This document shows, piece after piece, positions 23,492-39,017 of a stretch of 64,000 nt of DNA. The stretch lies in the NCBI RefSeq assembly GCF_009914755.1, contig NC_060941.1; one strand, given 5' to 3'. The stretch comes from the human T2T-CHM13v2.0 reference genome, Homo sapiens. The notes beneath the pieces were generated by a model. It ran no database searches, was not told where the DNA came from, and worked only from the letters and a program-made list of their open reading frames with translations. The number at the start of each line of letters is the position of its first letter. Position 1 is the stretch's first letter. A program made the position numbers and the translations under genes.

Positions 23492-23604
23492 TCTGGATTT
23501 GCAATTATTCTGTAAATCTAAAGTTAACTTTAGCTAAATCAGGTTGACATCATATACCCCCTAAAGTTAACTTTAGATTTACAGAAGAGTTGCAAATCCA
23601 GAGA
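23490..23604. repeat. 44-bp inverted repeat (2 mismatches) with 27-nt spacer
   Basis: 23490-23533 versus reverse complement of 23561-23604; each arm contains the palindrome CTAAAGTTAACTTTAG. Confidence 0.95.
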
Positions 23605-24135
23605 ACCCCCCGTAGTCTTCATCCACCTTCCCCCAATGTTAATATCGTACTAATTATGATACATTTATCAAAACTCAAAAATTAACATGGGCACAGTTGT
23701 ATTAACTAAACTCCCGACTTTCTTCAGATTTCACCAGTTTTTTCCACTAATGTCCTTTTTCTGTTCCAGGATTTAATCAGGATATAATGTTGCACTTAAT
23801 TATTATATCATAATAGTCACTTTCAATCTATGTCAATTTCTCTGTCTCTCCTTGTTTTTTTATGACTTTGACATTTATGAAGTGGGCTGGTCAAGTATTT
23901 TGTAGGATGTCCCTCAATCTGGATTTGTCTGATGTTTTCTGATCATTAGACTGCAGTTGGGGTTTGGGGAAAGAATACCCCAGAGGTGAAATGGCCTTCT
24001 CATCACATAATATTAGGGGGCACATGATATCTACCTGATTGCTCACTGGTGAAGTTAACCTTGATCACTTGGTTAAGGCGTTGTCTACCAGAGTTACCCA
24101 CCGTAAGCTGCTAATTTCCCTTTCCATACTCTGTT
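23561..24135 (-). mobile_element. L1MC-like 3' fragment (continues at about 24680-24790 and 25655-25930)
   Basis: TTTAGATTTACAGAAGAGTTGCAAA, CCACTAATGTCCTTTTTCTGTTCCAGG, GTTAACCTTGATCACTTGGTTAAGG. Confidence 0.7.
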
Positions 24136-24136
24136 C

Positions 24137-24236
24137 CAGGGGTGTCCAATCTTTTGGCTGCCCTGGGACACATTGGAAGAAGAATTGTCTTGGGCAACAC
24201 ATAAAATACATCATTAACACTATGACAGCTGTTGAG

Positions 24237-24275
<39 letters not shown>

Positions 24276-24670
24276 ACCGGGTGCGGTGGCTCACACCTGT
24301 AATCCCAACACTTTGGGAGGCCGAGGCGGGTGGGTCACGAGGTCAGGAGATCGAGACCATCCTGGCTAACACAGTGAAACCCCATCTCTACTAAAAATAG
24401 AAAAAATTAGCCGGGCGTGGTGGTGGGCGCCCGTAGTCCCAGCTACTCAGGAGGCTGAGGCAGGAGAATGGTGTGAATCCAGGAGGAGGAGTTTGCAGTA
24501 AGCCGAGATTGCACCACTGCACTCCAGCCTGGGTGACAGAGGGAAACTCTGTCTCAAAAGAAAAAAAAAAAAAAAGGTCTGTGCATAAATATCATAATGT
24601 TTTAAGAAAGTTTATGAATTTGTGTTGGGCCACATTCAAAGCTGTCCTGGGCCACGGGTTGGACAAGCTT
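24137..24670 (+). mobile_element. MER30 interrupted in its A-run by an AluY (24274-24574, +)
   Basis: CAGGGGTGTCCAATCTTTTGG...GGTTGGACAAGCTT termini; AluY diagnostics GAGATCGAGACCATCCTGGCTAACA. Confidence 0.85.
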
Positions 24671-24784
24671 ACCGTCTATTCATTAGAAGTGAGTCACTCA
24701 GGGGAGGGAGATTAGGCTCTGCCTCCTACAGGGAGGGGTTTCAAAGAATTTGTGGACATATGCTAAAACCAGCACCATAATTAA

Positions 24785-25652
<868 letters not shown>

Positions 25653-26298
25653 AATAAATGTTTTTGGAGGGATGTGTTGAGCCTATGCAGGTATCCTGTT
25701 TCCCCTTAAAGTTTGCCCATGAACTTAACATTCCTCAGTGGACCCTGCCTGCAGCTATTATTACTGTAATGTTCTCCTGGTGATTTTCTATTCTCCCATG
25801 CCTTCTGCCTTTATTACATGGAATTCTTCTGTAAGGGAAATTTGTTTCTTCTCCAGGTATTTGTTTATCTATCCTCTCATTTATTTATATCAGTGTGGAC
25901 TCACAAGTACTTATTTTATTCTCTGGGTGAGAGATGTTTTTAAGATGGGAAAATGGACTACTTTAAGTTAACCTAACTGTGAGCCAGGTAGCAGGAGGTG
26001 TGGGGAGGAGGAGCATAGATGCTGGGGGAGGAATGGGCGGTGGATGGAGCGAAGTTCCTAGGAAGGTCAGTGAGAAGGAGATCCGGAGGTGGGGGTCTTG
26101 GCAAAAACAAGGGACACCCTGTTCCCACAAATGGGTAAGAGGAAAGTTTGGGAGGGTCGATTTCCATGTCAGGAAGGAGAACTTGAAGGAGTTCCAACTA
26201 ATTAGCTTTTGTCTTCTCCGTCAAGATGTTTTCTGTGACGACAATGGGAAGTTGACTTTTGGAATTTTAATTGTCTTGGCCAAAATTCCTGGCCTCTA

Positions 26299-26521
26299 GA
26301 GTAACGTTTCTCAACCTCAGCCCTGCCGACATTTGGAGCAGATAATTCATTGTTGTGGGAGCCGTCTTGTGCATTGCAGGCTGTGTCGCAGCATCCCTGG
26401 CCTCTACCCTCTAGATGCTTTAGTGCCCTCTCCTGTTTCCCCAGCAGTGACCACCAAAATGTCTCCAGGCAGTGTCAAATGTGCCCTGGGGAGCAAAATC
26501 GCCCCATGCTGAGAACCACAG
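26299..26521. mobile_element. MER20 DNA transposon
   Basis: TTTCTCAACCTCAGC...GACATTTGG...CAGCATCCCTGGCCTCTACC...GCAAAATCGCCCC..TGAGAACCAC. Confidence 0.85.
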
Positions 26522-26571
26522 ATCTAAAATTAACACACACAATTCTGGCAATCCGTAGGATTCTTCTTCTC

Positions 26572-26893
<322 letters not shown>

Positions 26894-26929
26894 TAAGATG
26901 ATGGCATTCACCTATTAATTTTCTGCAGA

Positions 26930-27700
26930 AAGAGCTAAGCTGCTCTAGTGTGAACACTCAACGTTGACGCTATGGATGAGGGAGGGCCCTGCTTTCTTGG
27001 GAATAGCGGATGGTCCTTTCAGCACACAGCACAGATGAATGAAGAGGAAATGAAGTTCTGGTTCGCAGAGGGTCTTTGGTTCTGAAAAGCGTTGCCGTGG
27101 TTCTAGCCTTCCTCGCGGTGGAGGGTGTTTTGCTTTCTGCGCGGTTTCTGTGTGGGCCGTGGGAAGCAACTTGATTGTTATCACAGTTGGGGACACAGCA
27201 GCTCTTCTCATAGGTTAATTTCTGAAAGCCCATTTGTTCTAAATCCAACGTGACGCCTACCGAGCTGGGTACAACATTGGTTTGTTTCATAAAACAGCCC
27301 GGGGTGTTTGGGACTCTTACTCCTTTACAACTCTCATTTGACTGTCCAAAGATGCTTGCACTGGGGCCTAATTTTCTGTCACCTTCCCTACGTTTTTAAC
27401 AAGACACTGCCATTTCAAACATAGCGAACACGACAGATTGAGGAACAAGGCCAAGGCAGAGGCTGCGACGACCTCGTACAGCCGCTGATGCCATCTGTTG
27501 GTGGCTGGCAGAACTGATGCCCTTTGCTGCGAGGGAGCTTTGTTTATTGCACAGAAAGTTGAAAGTTGGCAGCAGAGAACCTTGTTACCACCTGGGAGGA
27601 TAGGATTGGCAGGATTAGGGAGGACTGGAAGGGGAGGGAATGCGTGTTTGCTTTGTAGGTTGTGCATCAGTAAGCACAATCAGGATTCAGTGCCAGGAAT
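26930..27700. promoter_or_regulatory. Candidate intronic enhancer
   Basis: Repeat-free with retained CpGs; GAGGAAATGAAG 27044-27055, TGACGC at 26965 and 27251. Confidence 0.35.
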
Positions 27701-28090
27701 CCATAGTTGAAACAATTTTAGGAGGATTTTTCAAGGTTCTGGCTGGGATGCCATGGGGACCTCCAATCCATTTCTCAGTCGACTGTCAGTTAAGGCATTG
27801 GGCTGTGGGAAGTTAACAGAGCAACAGAGCGGTCTCTAACGTAAAAAAACCCCAGTGTCTCCCATAGAGCTAGCATGCAGTCCTTATTTGTGGAATTTGA
27901 TATTGAGGGACAGTATTAACTCCTCACTCTAATCAAAGAAGCTATGATAATATGATGCAAAACAACTATTATATTCTATCCCCTTCCAAAGTGCTTTCAA
28001 AGACTAAATTTGTCTTGATACCAATCCATTTATACCAACACATCCCCACATTTCTGATGATGAAACAGATTCCTAGAGACTAAATTTCTT

Positions 28091-28394
28091 TCTTTTCTTT
28101 TTTTTTTTTTTTGAGATGGAGTCTCGCTTTGTCACCCAGGCTGGAGTGCAGTGGCACGATCTTGGGTCACTGCAGCCTCTGTCCCCCCAGGTTCAAGTGA
28201 TTGCCCTGCCTCAGCCTCCTGAGGAGCTGGGATTACAGGCATGCACCACCATGCCCGGCTAATTTTTGTATTTTTAGTGGAGACGGGGTTTCCCCATGTT
28301 GGCCAGGCTGGTCTTGAACTCCTGACCTCAGGTAATTCACCCGCCTTGGCCTCCCAAAGTGCTGGGATTAAGGTGTTACCCACCACGCCCGGCC
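28091..28394 (-). mobile_element. Alu (AluS-like)
   Basis: Perfect TSD TAGAGACTAAATTTCTT. Confidence 0.9.
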
Positions 28395-28456
28395 TAGAGA
28401 CTAAATTTCTTAGGTCCATATGTCTGCTTGATAGCAAGAGCTGGAATTAGTTCAGC

Positions 28457-28930
28457 CAGTGGGTTCTTAACTCTGGATGCATATAAGAATCACCTGGGAA
28501 ACAAAAAAAAATCTTAGTGGTTGGCTTCACTCTCAGATATACAGATTTATTTTTTAATTTTTGTTTATTTTTTTGTAGAGATGGGGTCTCACTATGTTGC
28601 CCAGGCTGGTCTTGAATTCCTGGGCTCAAGCAATACTCCCACCTCCACCTCCCAAAGTTCTGGCATTACAGGTGTGAGCCACTGTGCCTGGCCAGATATA
28701 TGGATTAACGGGGCCGGGCCAGGGCTGGGTCCTGGGCTGTGATTCTAACCTGCTGCCTGGGGTTGAAGCGCTTCTCCTCCAGGTGTGGTCCATGAACCAG
28801 TCGCATCAGCATCACCTGCGAGCTTGTTAGAAATGCAGAGTCTCAGGCCCCACCCCAGACCCTCTGAATCAGAACCTGCATTGCAACAAGGTTCTCAGAT
28901 GATTCCTGTGCATGGCGAAGTTTGGAAACT
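28457..28930. mobile_element. MER5B-like piece interrupted by a FLAM (28548-28693, -), followed by MER5A (about 28770-28930)
   Basis: AGAATCACCTGGGA; CAGCATCACCTGCGAGCTTGTTAGAAATGCAGAGTCTCAGGCCCCACCCCAGAC. Confidence 0.75.
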
Positions 28931-28994
28931 CTGAGTGTTGCTTTTGAGATCAGACATACAGTGCTATCCATTGGTGTCTGTGGAGGATGTCTTA

Positions 28995-29612
<618 letters not shown>

Positions 29613-32279
29613 TCTGTTTAATTTTTACCATTCAGACAGCACTCAAGGCCTAGTGTGAGTGGCCTCCATCGAGGGCCCTGGGCTTCCCTCTACCCTGAGG
29701 GTTCCATGTGCCTCCCAGGTTGAAGCCATGAGAGAGTCCAGAACTACCCCCACCCCAAAAAAAGTCTTGCTCATGGCCAGCTGAGTGTTCCACAGCCCTT
29801 GATTTCTGGGTGTGTCATAATGTAGTCACCAAGTCAGGCCTGTGGGCTGCCTCTGGGTCCTTCCTGTTGAGAGTGATGGCATGTCACTGCTGGCTTCCCC
29901 GAGGATGAGAGGTTCAACTTGTTTGGTTCGGCCCCTAAGATTCTCTTACATTACCTCTAGCTCAGACACTCTGCTTGTATTGGAAAACTGGGAGGCAGTG
30001 CCTTTTCCTCTTTCTTCCTTTCTGAAATAGAAGGTACTCAGTAGATGTTGGATTTGGAATATTGGAATGAAATGAAGGCTGTGTGGGCCTCTGGGCAGCC
30101 TTTGGTGTTAGAAACAGGCTTCATCCCTGCTGGACTTGAGTTTCAGTTGAGGAGCTCCTATCTGGGCAGCACTCTTCACCAGCAAAGGCTGTCCGTGGTC
30201 TTTTGAAAAGAGATCTTTTTTAGTTCATTTCTTAAAATCCAGTGCTATATGAGAGCCAGTCTGATCTTTTCTAAATCTGTACTTTCATTTTGGGTAGCGC
30301 CTAAAAGAGACACAGCAGTCCCTGTTCAACCTCTTTTCGGGAAACCAAGAGCCTTGGCTGCTTATTCATCCCTTCTCTGCCGTTTTCAACAACAAACCCC
30401 CTTTGATGAAAGACCATTCTGAGACAGGCTAGAGCTGGTTCCCCTTTTATTTCTCCTCTTTTCCAAGCTCCCCTCTGCCACCTCCTGTATCTCTTCCAAC
30501 CTTCCTCCCCCAAAGAAAAACAACAACAAACCAAACTTTGAAAAAACAAGGGAGGCTTGTCCCCATTGGTGAAATCCCTTGAAAGGATGTCACTGAGAAA
30601 GGGTCTCTGTGGCCCTCTTTTTCCGCAAGCGTTGGGAGGTCTCTGAGGATCTGACCTGGGGAGACTGGAGCGCTAATTATACGCACAGAAGCCATTCATT
30701 AGTTGCCACTAGCAAGAAGACTTGGCCAATGCTCACTCCTCTGAATTCAGAGGTTTTGAAAGAACCCCAAACTGAGCCTGCGACTTTCTTCAATCTTTTT
30801 TTTTTTTTAATATATATATATTTCTTTCTTCTCCAGCCTCTCTGTTCTCCTCTGTTGCCCACAGCAACCTCAGCAGTTGGTACCAGCACAGAGTGGAGAG
30901 GGCAGGCCAGGTTACCTCGGTGTCAAGCAATCATTACTGAGCAATTCACCAGAGCCTCACAAAGAAACAGATTTCTCTGAAAATCTCCCGATCCAAACCA
31001 CCCCCAATATTTAACCAGCAACTCCCCAACCCTACCTTTCCTGAGAGGTCCGTGTTTTCTAGTACCTGAGCAGACAGTTATGAGCCACTGCCTCCCTGCC
31101 TTTTTGAGGCCTTTCTTTACCAACAATGCTTTGTTAACTCTTTAACACACTTTCCTGATGTTCACACTTTCTGCCTACCACACACACGTCCAGTAGAGAC
31201 AGACAAGGGGGAGAATTAAATGATTAGCCAGCAGCTGCCCATGAGGAACAGGCAGTCAGGCCATAGGTTTTTCCCTTTTCCGCTTTACCATGAGACAGTG
31301 CTTTGTCAAAAGGAAGTGCCAAAGTTGTCATGGAAATAAATCATTAGCTAGATTGAGCTATCTTTAATTTGGGCGGGAGTCTGCCATTAATATGTCTAAA
31401 TCTCAGTTTACAAATGAGCACTTGATGACTTGATTCCTGACACTTATTCTTGTGATTCTTTTGAATCTCAATTAGTAAGACTTTCTTTCTCATAGAATGC
31501 CATACGGCTTCTTGGAACAAAGGACAAACGGGTAGAATGCTTGAAACAGACCAAATCAAAGATTATGATTTTTTTTTCTGAAGGGAAGAAAAAAATAAAA
31601 TTGGAAAAATAAAAATAAGGCTTATCATGATATCCTGCCGTCTGATTTCTAAAAGTACAGTTCCTTTAGGTTCTAAGGACTGGCATGTTCTTTGTGATAT
31701 TTGTCAATGACATGTGAAATGTGCTCTGAGTAAAGGCATTTTCTTCTGCAATGTTCATTTCTATTTCAATGGTCTGCCTCAGTACTTTTCTTTAATTAAT
31801 ACTGTTTATGCTCACTGATGAATAATTCAGAGTTGTACAAGCAACAGATGTCAGCGGATTCAAAATGACTTTCCCTGAATTATTTATTATTTCCAAAAAA
31901 GTAACAGGTTTGTTGAACAAGTAATTGGCAACACAGATGTAGATCAAGGTTTGTCAGCAGGCAACAAGTTTCACTACTGTTTCCCCTTTTGTGCATGTTG
32001 ATAACCAGGATGGCATTGTCTAGGAGCGGGGGTCTGCCTGATACCACTGCTTAGGGAGTCATTGACCCATCCTGTTGCTGACTTGGAGAGCTGGAACCTT
32101 AGTTGGTTTCCAGGTTGTCTAACGATGAAACATGAATGGAAATTCATCCAAAAATGTAATTAATGAATGTAGGCTTGTAAATATCTCGCAGACAGAATGA
32201 CTTAATACAGGTGCCCAGAAAGAGGGAACATCTTTGTTTGCAGGGATATGTTAAGAATAGAGACCTAGAAGAAAAATAA

Positions 32280-32700
32280 TTTGACAGATATGTAAAGGTT
32301 TATGTATAAGAATGTTCTCTGCAGTGCTGTTTATGACAGAATTTTTGCAAGGAGACAACTCAACGTCCAACAATGAAAGACTGGTTAGATAAATTCTGGT
32401 AGATCCAAGCAGTGAAATATTATATCACCACTGTAATGATATATATGTATTTTTGATCTGGAAAAATGTCAACATATTAAATAAAAGATGATATTAAGTG
32501 AGAGAGTCTATAAACCGATATGGCTTATTTCTGTAGGAAAATACATGTATGTATTTTTTTTTGTAGGCATAGGGAAAAGTCTAGAAGGAACTACCCCAAA
32601 ATATTAATAGTGGTTATTTAGGGGTAGTAGGATCCAGCATGACTTTTCTTCTGTCTCACATATTTTGCCATCATTTTCACTGTAAGTATGCTTATGTTAT
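32280..32700 (+). mobile_element. L1ME-like 3' fragment
   Basis: TGTATAAGAATGTTCTCTGCAGTGCTGTTTAT; AAAATATTAATAGTGGTTAT. Confidence 0.6.
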
Positions 32701-32779
32701 GAATCTCAGTTAATACGACTTTCTTTCTCATAGAATGCCATACCTCTTCTTGGAACAAAGCACACATGGGTAGAAGGCT
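32700..32779 (+). repeat. Copy of 31462-31541
   Basis: 80 bp ungapped, 9 mismatches by manual count. Confidence 0.9.
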
Positions 32780-33400
32780 AAGCTGCTGTAACAAGAGATC
32801 CAACAACATTGTGACTTAAAGAAATAAATCTCAGGCTGGGTACTGTGGCTCATGCCTGTAATCCCAGCAATTTGGGAGGCTGAGGTGGGCGGAGCACCTG
32901 ACATCAGGAGTTCGAGACCAGCCTGGCCAGCATGGCAAAACCCCATCTCTACAAAAAATACAAAAATTAGCTGGGCGCAGTGGTGCACGCCTGTAACCCC
33001 AGCTACTTAGGAGGCTGAGGCAGGAGAATCCCTTGAACCCAGGAGGCGGAGGTTGCAGTGCGCTGAGATCGTGCCACTGCACCTCCAGCCTAGGCGACAG
33101 AGCGAGACCTGGCCTGCCTTGTTATCTTCTAAAGAGCCAAGTCTGGGTGCTGTCGTGAGAAGGAAACATGGGTATGGAAGAGGCACAACTTGCCGTCTCA
33201 AGGCCCTGGTCCAAAAGTGGCCCATATCACTCCTGCTCCCAGCCCTTAGCAGGGACATAGGCACATGGCCATACTCCACTGCCAGCTGCAAAGCAGGCTG
33301 GGAACAAAATCCTTACAGGCATTTATGTGACCAGCAATAGCTCTGTGCTATGGAGAAAAGAGAAAAGGAATTTTGCTGGGACAGCTTTCGGTCTCTGCTA
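32776..33400. mobile_element. MLT1 (MaLR) LTR remnants interrupted by a tail-less AluS (32833-33109, +)
   Basis: GGCTAAGCTGCTGTAACAA; AAGTGGCCCATATCACTCCTGCTC; CACATGGCCA. Confidence 0.6.
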
Positions 33401-33423
33401 AATTTATTGATTGATTTTCAAAT

Positions 33424-33544
33424 TTTTTTTAGATATGAGGTCTTGCTTTGTTGCCCAGGTAGGTCTTGAACTCCTGGGCTCAAGCGATTCCCCCACCTTG
33501 GCCTCCCAAAGTGGGATTACAGGCATGAGCTACCATGCCCAGCT
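33424..33544 (-). mobile_element. FLAM
   Basis: Monomer; CTAAATTTATT flanks. Confidence 0.8.
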
Positions 33545-34749
33545 GCTACTAAATTTATTACCCGTAAAATAAAAATAAAAATAAATTTAAAAAGGAAGTT
33601 GAGTTTTGATTCGATGTCTTCAGAGGGCATTTCCTTTTGGAATTAATCATACAGAAGATGTATACTCTGAAGCAATTTGAAGATTTAAAAAAAAAAAAAG
33701 GAAAGGTATAAAATGTGGACACTGCCTTCCAGGGATTTACAGTCTGATTGAGAAACCGGACCAATAACAATTCGAAGTAGTATATGCAAAAGGCCAGAGA
33801 GTGTTCAGATAAGTGCAGAGGAGCAAATTGGCTAGGGTCATGGAATAAGGCTTAGATAAATTGAAAGGCTTGCAATTCTGCTTTGTTGAGCTACCAGGAT
33901 TACTTGTACTTTTGGAAGAAATAAAACTATTTGTGTTTTGTGACATTTTAGGGTAGCGTGACCTCCCCTTACAACACAGAGGAACTGAATCATATTTTCC
34001 TACTGACTGACTAACAGTAATTTAAGACTCTAATTGGTCTTCCGTTAGCTGTCATTTATTGTAATTCTTTGTGAAATGCACATGATCTTTAACATAAAAT
34101 ATCTTGGAAGAGCTACAACTTAAAGGAAACTTGACTTGATAATGTAAAAATTATCTTTTAAATAATTTTTTAAATATATGGTTTTAAAGCTTTTTAATAT
34201 GGTTATCTTGAGTAGGGTATTTCTAGGCTTATTTGGAAGGCAAACCAAAAAGCATAGAGAGTTTTTTTTCCTCCCTTGGATAGAAATTTTTCTGTCTTTA
34301 ATAGATTAATGGTAATCATATAACACATTACCTCCTTCACAATAAGATCAAATTTTGCAAATCTTTTGCCTTGAATCAGATTCTTCAACTCTGGAGTTTA
34401 GGTTAGTAGAACCCAAAAATATGTTGTTTTATGCACAAAGCCTCGCAAAGTCAAGTGGTAGATTTTGACCTCTTCTTTAACCTACCCTGAATGTAGTCCC
34501 TTAAAACATGATGGAATCCACATTTGGTATTTCCCTGCTATTTCATGAGATGCAACAAAATGTTTCAAGGGAGACAGTAGGAACCATTTGGTGCTTTGGT
34601 GATCTTTTCAGGAAAATCTGGTTTCGGAAGCCCCATAAGGCGAGAATTATTGCAAATAAGGCCCAGATTTGAAAATTGCTGTTTTGCAAATTGTGCTTAT
34701 TCTAGGAATAATGATTTCTACAGCTGGGAAGAACTTTAAAAATTGGGTG

Positions 34750-34890
34750 AACCAGTTGCCTGCTTTGACAGATGAGGTACTGCAATGCAGAGAGGTCAAG
34801 CTAGTTGCTGGGGTCACCTAGCTCATTTGTGACAAAACTAGGAACCGTGGGTCTGACTCAGTCCTCTGCCCTGCCGCCCTGTACCACAGT
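34750..34890 (-). mobile_element. MIR fragment
   Basis: ACAGATGAGGTACTG...AGAGAGGTCAAG...GGTCAC. Confidence 0.6.
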
Positions 34891-35680
34891 AGGCCTCTCT
34901 ATATTATGCCGCTTGGTAGTCACCCACCTTGCTTCCTACCATCAAAAGGAACTTCTGGTAGAAACTCCTTTCACAGCCTCCTGATCTGCAGGAGTGATGA
35001 ATTTAGCCTGGGATGAACTGGGAGTGGCAGAGCCATCTTTAAACCCCAGGTCCTTTCTGGATGCTTTGTTTGCAGAAGAGCTGCAGAGATCATGAGGGAC
35101 ATTTCTTGATTCATATTAATCAGAAACTCATTTGGGGCAGAATTTGAACTTGTAGCCAATTTTATAAGGAAGTTTCACAGCTAAAACCTCTCTGTGTTGT
35201 AAAAGGAGGTCATACTACCCTAAAATGTCACAAAACATTTTACTTCTTCCAAAAGTACAAGTAATCCTGGTATCCAGATAAAGAAGTTTTAATTTGTTTT
35301 TATTGGTTTACCTTGCCTCAGAGTTCTGAGTGTTGGATTTTCACTGTGACAACAAAAATAAAATATTTCCTGCTTATTGTAAAGCGGTCAAAGAGCTGAA
35401 AAGCAATACCATCTTTTAGAATGCATTTCTTACCCTTCTTTGATCAACATTAAGATGCGTTGCCACTCTGGGGTATGATTCTGGTTTGATCGTTGCAGTG
35501 TTTTGGAAAATGTTTGATGGCCTATAGGTTTATTGATTTCAAAGACTGTAAATCCATCTGCCCATCTATCCATCATTCACCCTCCTATCTGAGAGCAGTG
35601 TGGGAAGCTTCTACTGAAGTACCAATAACTTGGATTGGTAGCCTTCAAGCCCTGGGGGGACTTGGTAATTCCACACTTAA

Positions 35681-36126
<446 letters not shown>

Positions 36127-36530
36127 TGTTAATAACGCTTTTCTTCATTCCATTTTCTTGCCTGTGAGATGTGCATAAGACCCAGCTCAGAGAGTTGTTG
36201 TTGGTTCCTACTCTCTAACTTTGCCTAATTAGATTTCTGTTAAGCTTGAGATCATTTATAGCCAACTTTTTCCATATTAAAATCATAAGCCTCTGTTGAA
36301 AGGTTTTGTTAGTCCAAATTGGAACCGTCTTGACTTCGCATCAAATCATTCATCTCTAGCTCAGTCGCCACATAAGCTTGTATAATTCTCTCAGGGCTTC
36401 TGTCATTGTTAATTTACATCTGACCTTGTTCTGAAAACTATTTAAGGCAGTGGAGCCCTAACTTAGAACTTGCTGGCTTTTAACTTTGCCAGTTGGTCTG
36501 GACCTGTGAAAATATTTATCCAATCCCCTA

Positions 36531-36920
<390 letters not shown>

Positions 36921-36929
36921 TTATGACTA

Positions 36930-37070
36930 GCGTTTCCATCTTACAAATAGGGAAATGGAAAACTCAGAAAGGTCAAGTGACTTCCCTGAGGTTGGTAAGG
37001 AGTGGTAGAGCCAGGATTTGAACCTGGGCAGTGTAGCCACAGGGTCCTCACTCTTAACCACTTGGCTAAA
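36930..37070 (-). mobile_element. MIR
   Basis: CAGAAAGGTCAAGTGACTT; GAGCCAGGATTTGAACC; CTCTTAACCAC. Confidence 0.8.
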
Positions 37071-37279
37071 CTGTCTTCATATACGTATGTATGCATGTGT
37101 TTGGTTCCCGGTGGTGATGCCATGGGGAGCATTTACCATGAGCGCAGTGGGAAAAGCATGGAGCATGCTGGAAGGCATGGATGCTTACATTTTCATTCCG
37201 GATTTGTGGATTTTGCACTAGGGTATCTGCTAGGCCATGAACTAGAATTGTGTACTGAGAGTCATCATTAGTTGGGTGA

Positions 37280-37555
37280 TTTTTTTTTTTTTTTTTTTTT
37301 GACATAGGCACTGCTCTGTCGCCCAGGCAGTGGTGTGATCTTGGCTCACAGCAACCTCCGCCTCCTGGATTCAGGCGATTCTCCTACCTCAGCCTCCTGA
37401 GTAGCTGGGATTACAGGCACTCACCACCACCCCTGGCTAATTTTTGTATTTTTAGTAGAGATGGGGTCTCACCATGTTGGCCAAGCTGGTCTCTATCCAC
37501 CCACCTCAGCCTCCCAAAGTGCTGGGATTACTGGTCTCAGCCGCCGCACCCGGCC
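37280..37555 (-). mobile_element. Alu with small deletions
   Basis: ATTAGTT flanks. Confidence 0.85.
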
Positions 37556-38736
37556 AATTAGTTAGATCTTTCTACGGAAGAACAACTGACTTGCCAATTT
37601 AGTCTGTAAGATCAGGAGTTGAGGGACATTGGAACTACAGAAAAACATTATTAAAGATGACTCTTAAGATGTCAAGAGGAAAGAAAAATGACTTCTTCGG
37701 TCAAAAAAAGAGCAAAAGCTATCACGCTGTATGAGCCACAAGCTGAAGGCTGTCTTCTGGGGGCGGCTTAAATGCATTAGATTAGTCTGCAATGTGGATT
37801 AAGGGACCGTGGGATTTAATAACTTGCGTATTAAAGAATGGCTCTGCAAATGTTACCCTAACATAAAAATGTAAGCATTCTAATTGAATTTAGAAGCAAT
37901 AGTATTAAAATTTCTTCTGGTGATGCTCCTTAGACGCATTAAATAAAATATCAAAAGTCACAATTGATTAAACTGAAACTTTAGCATGAGAGTTATTAAG
38001 CATTAAATTCTGCTGCTAGAGGTTTTTATTTTATTTTTTCCTGACATGTACTCAGAAAATTCTCCCTTTACATAATTTATGGTCATTCTGCTGTTTAAAT
38101 GTGCCAAAAAATGTTCTCGGAGTTTTGGCAGTGTTTTGAAATAGAGTATATTATCTTAGTCTTGGGCTATATATATATAATGAACACTCAATATATATTG
38201 ATGGTGGTGTTTTCATGAGTTGAAGTCTCGCTGTGGGCAAAGGAAGGAATAGGCTATTCTATTACATCTGATGCTTAGCCTGCCTTTAATGAGTAATGTA
38301 GAAAAATAGACCTCTTCTTCCTCCTATGGCAAGTCTGTATGTAGTCTTGCTAAGCTTGTGTCTGCCCACAAATCCTAATGAGAAGATGGCATTGATCGGA
38401 GATGGTAGCAAAGTACAGCTGGGATACTGCTGTCCATATGTTCCATGGTTCCAGAATTCCAAGGACTACAGACAGCCTTGTAGAAATCACAAAGCATGAG
38501 TGATAGTTATAAGCAAAGAGGTCTTCTCCTTTTTATCCAAGGACAAGCAAATGGCAGGGAGGCAGAAAGGTGACGTTTTGAATCTGTAGACACATAACGA
38601 GGAATGTGGTTGACTGAAAAGTGTCTATGCATTTAGGGCGGTGAGAGCAGACAGTTAGGGGCATCCAGGAAACCTCCTCCTCTCTTGCCTTTCAGGGTGT
38701 CTCCTGGAGTCCCGAGTGTGGCATGTTCTGCATTCA

Positions 38737-39017
<281 letters not shown>

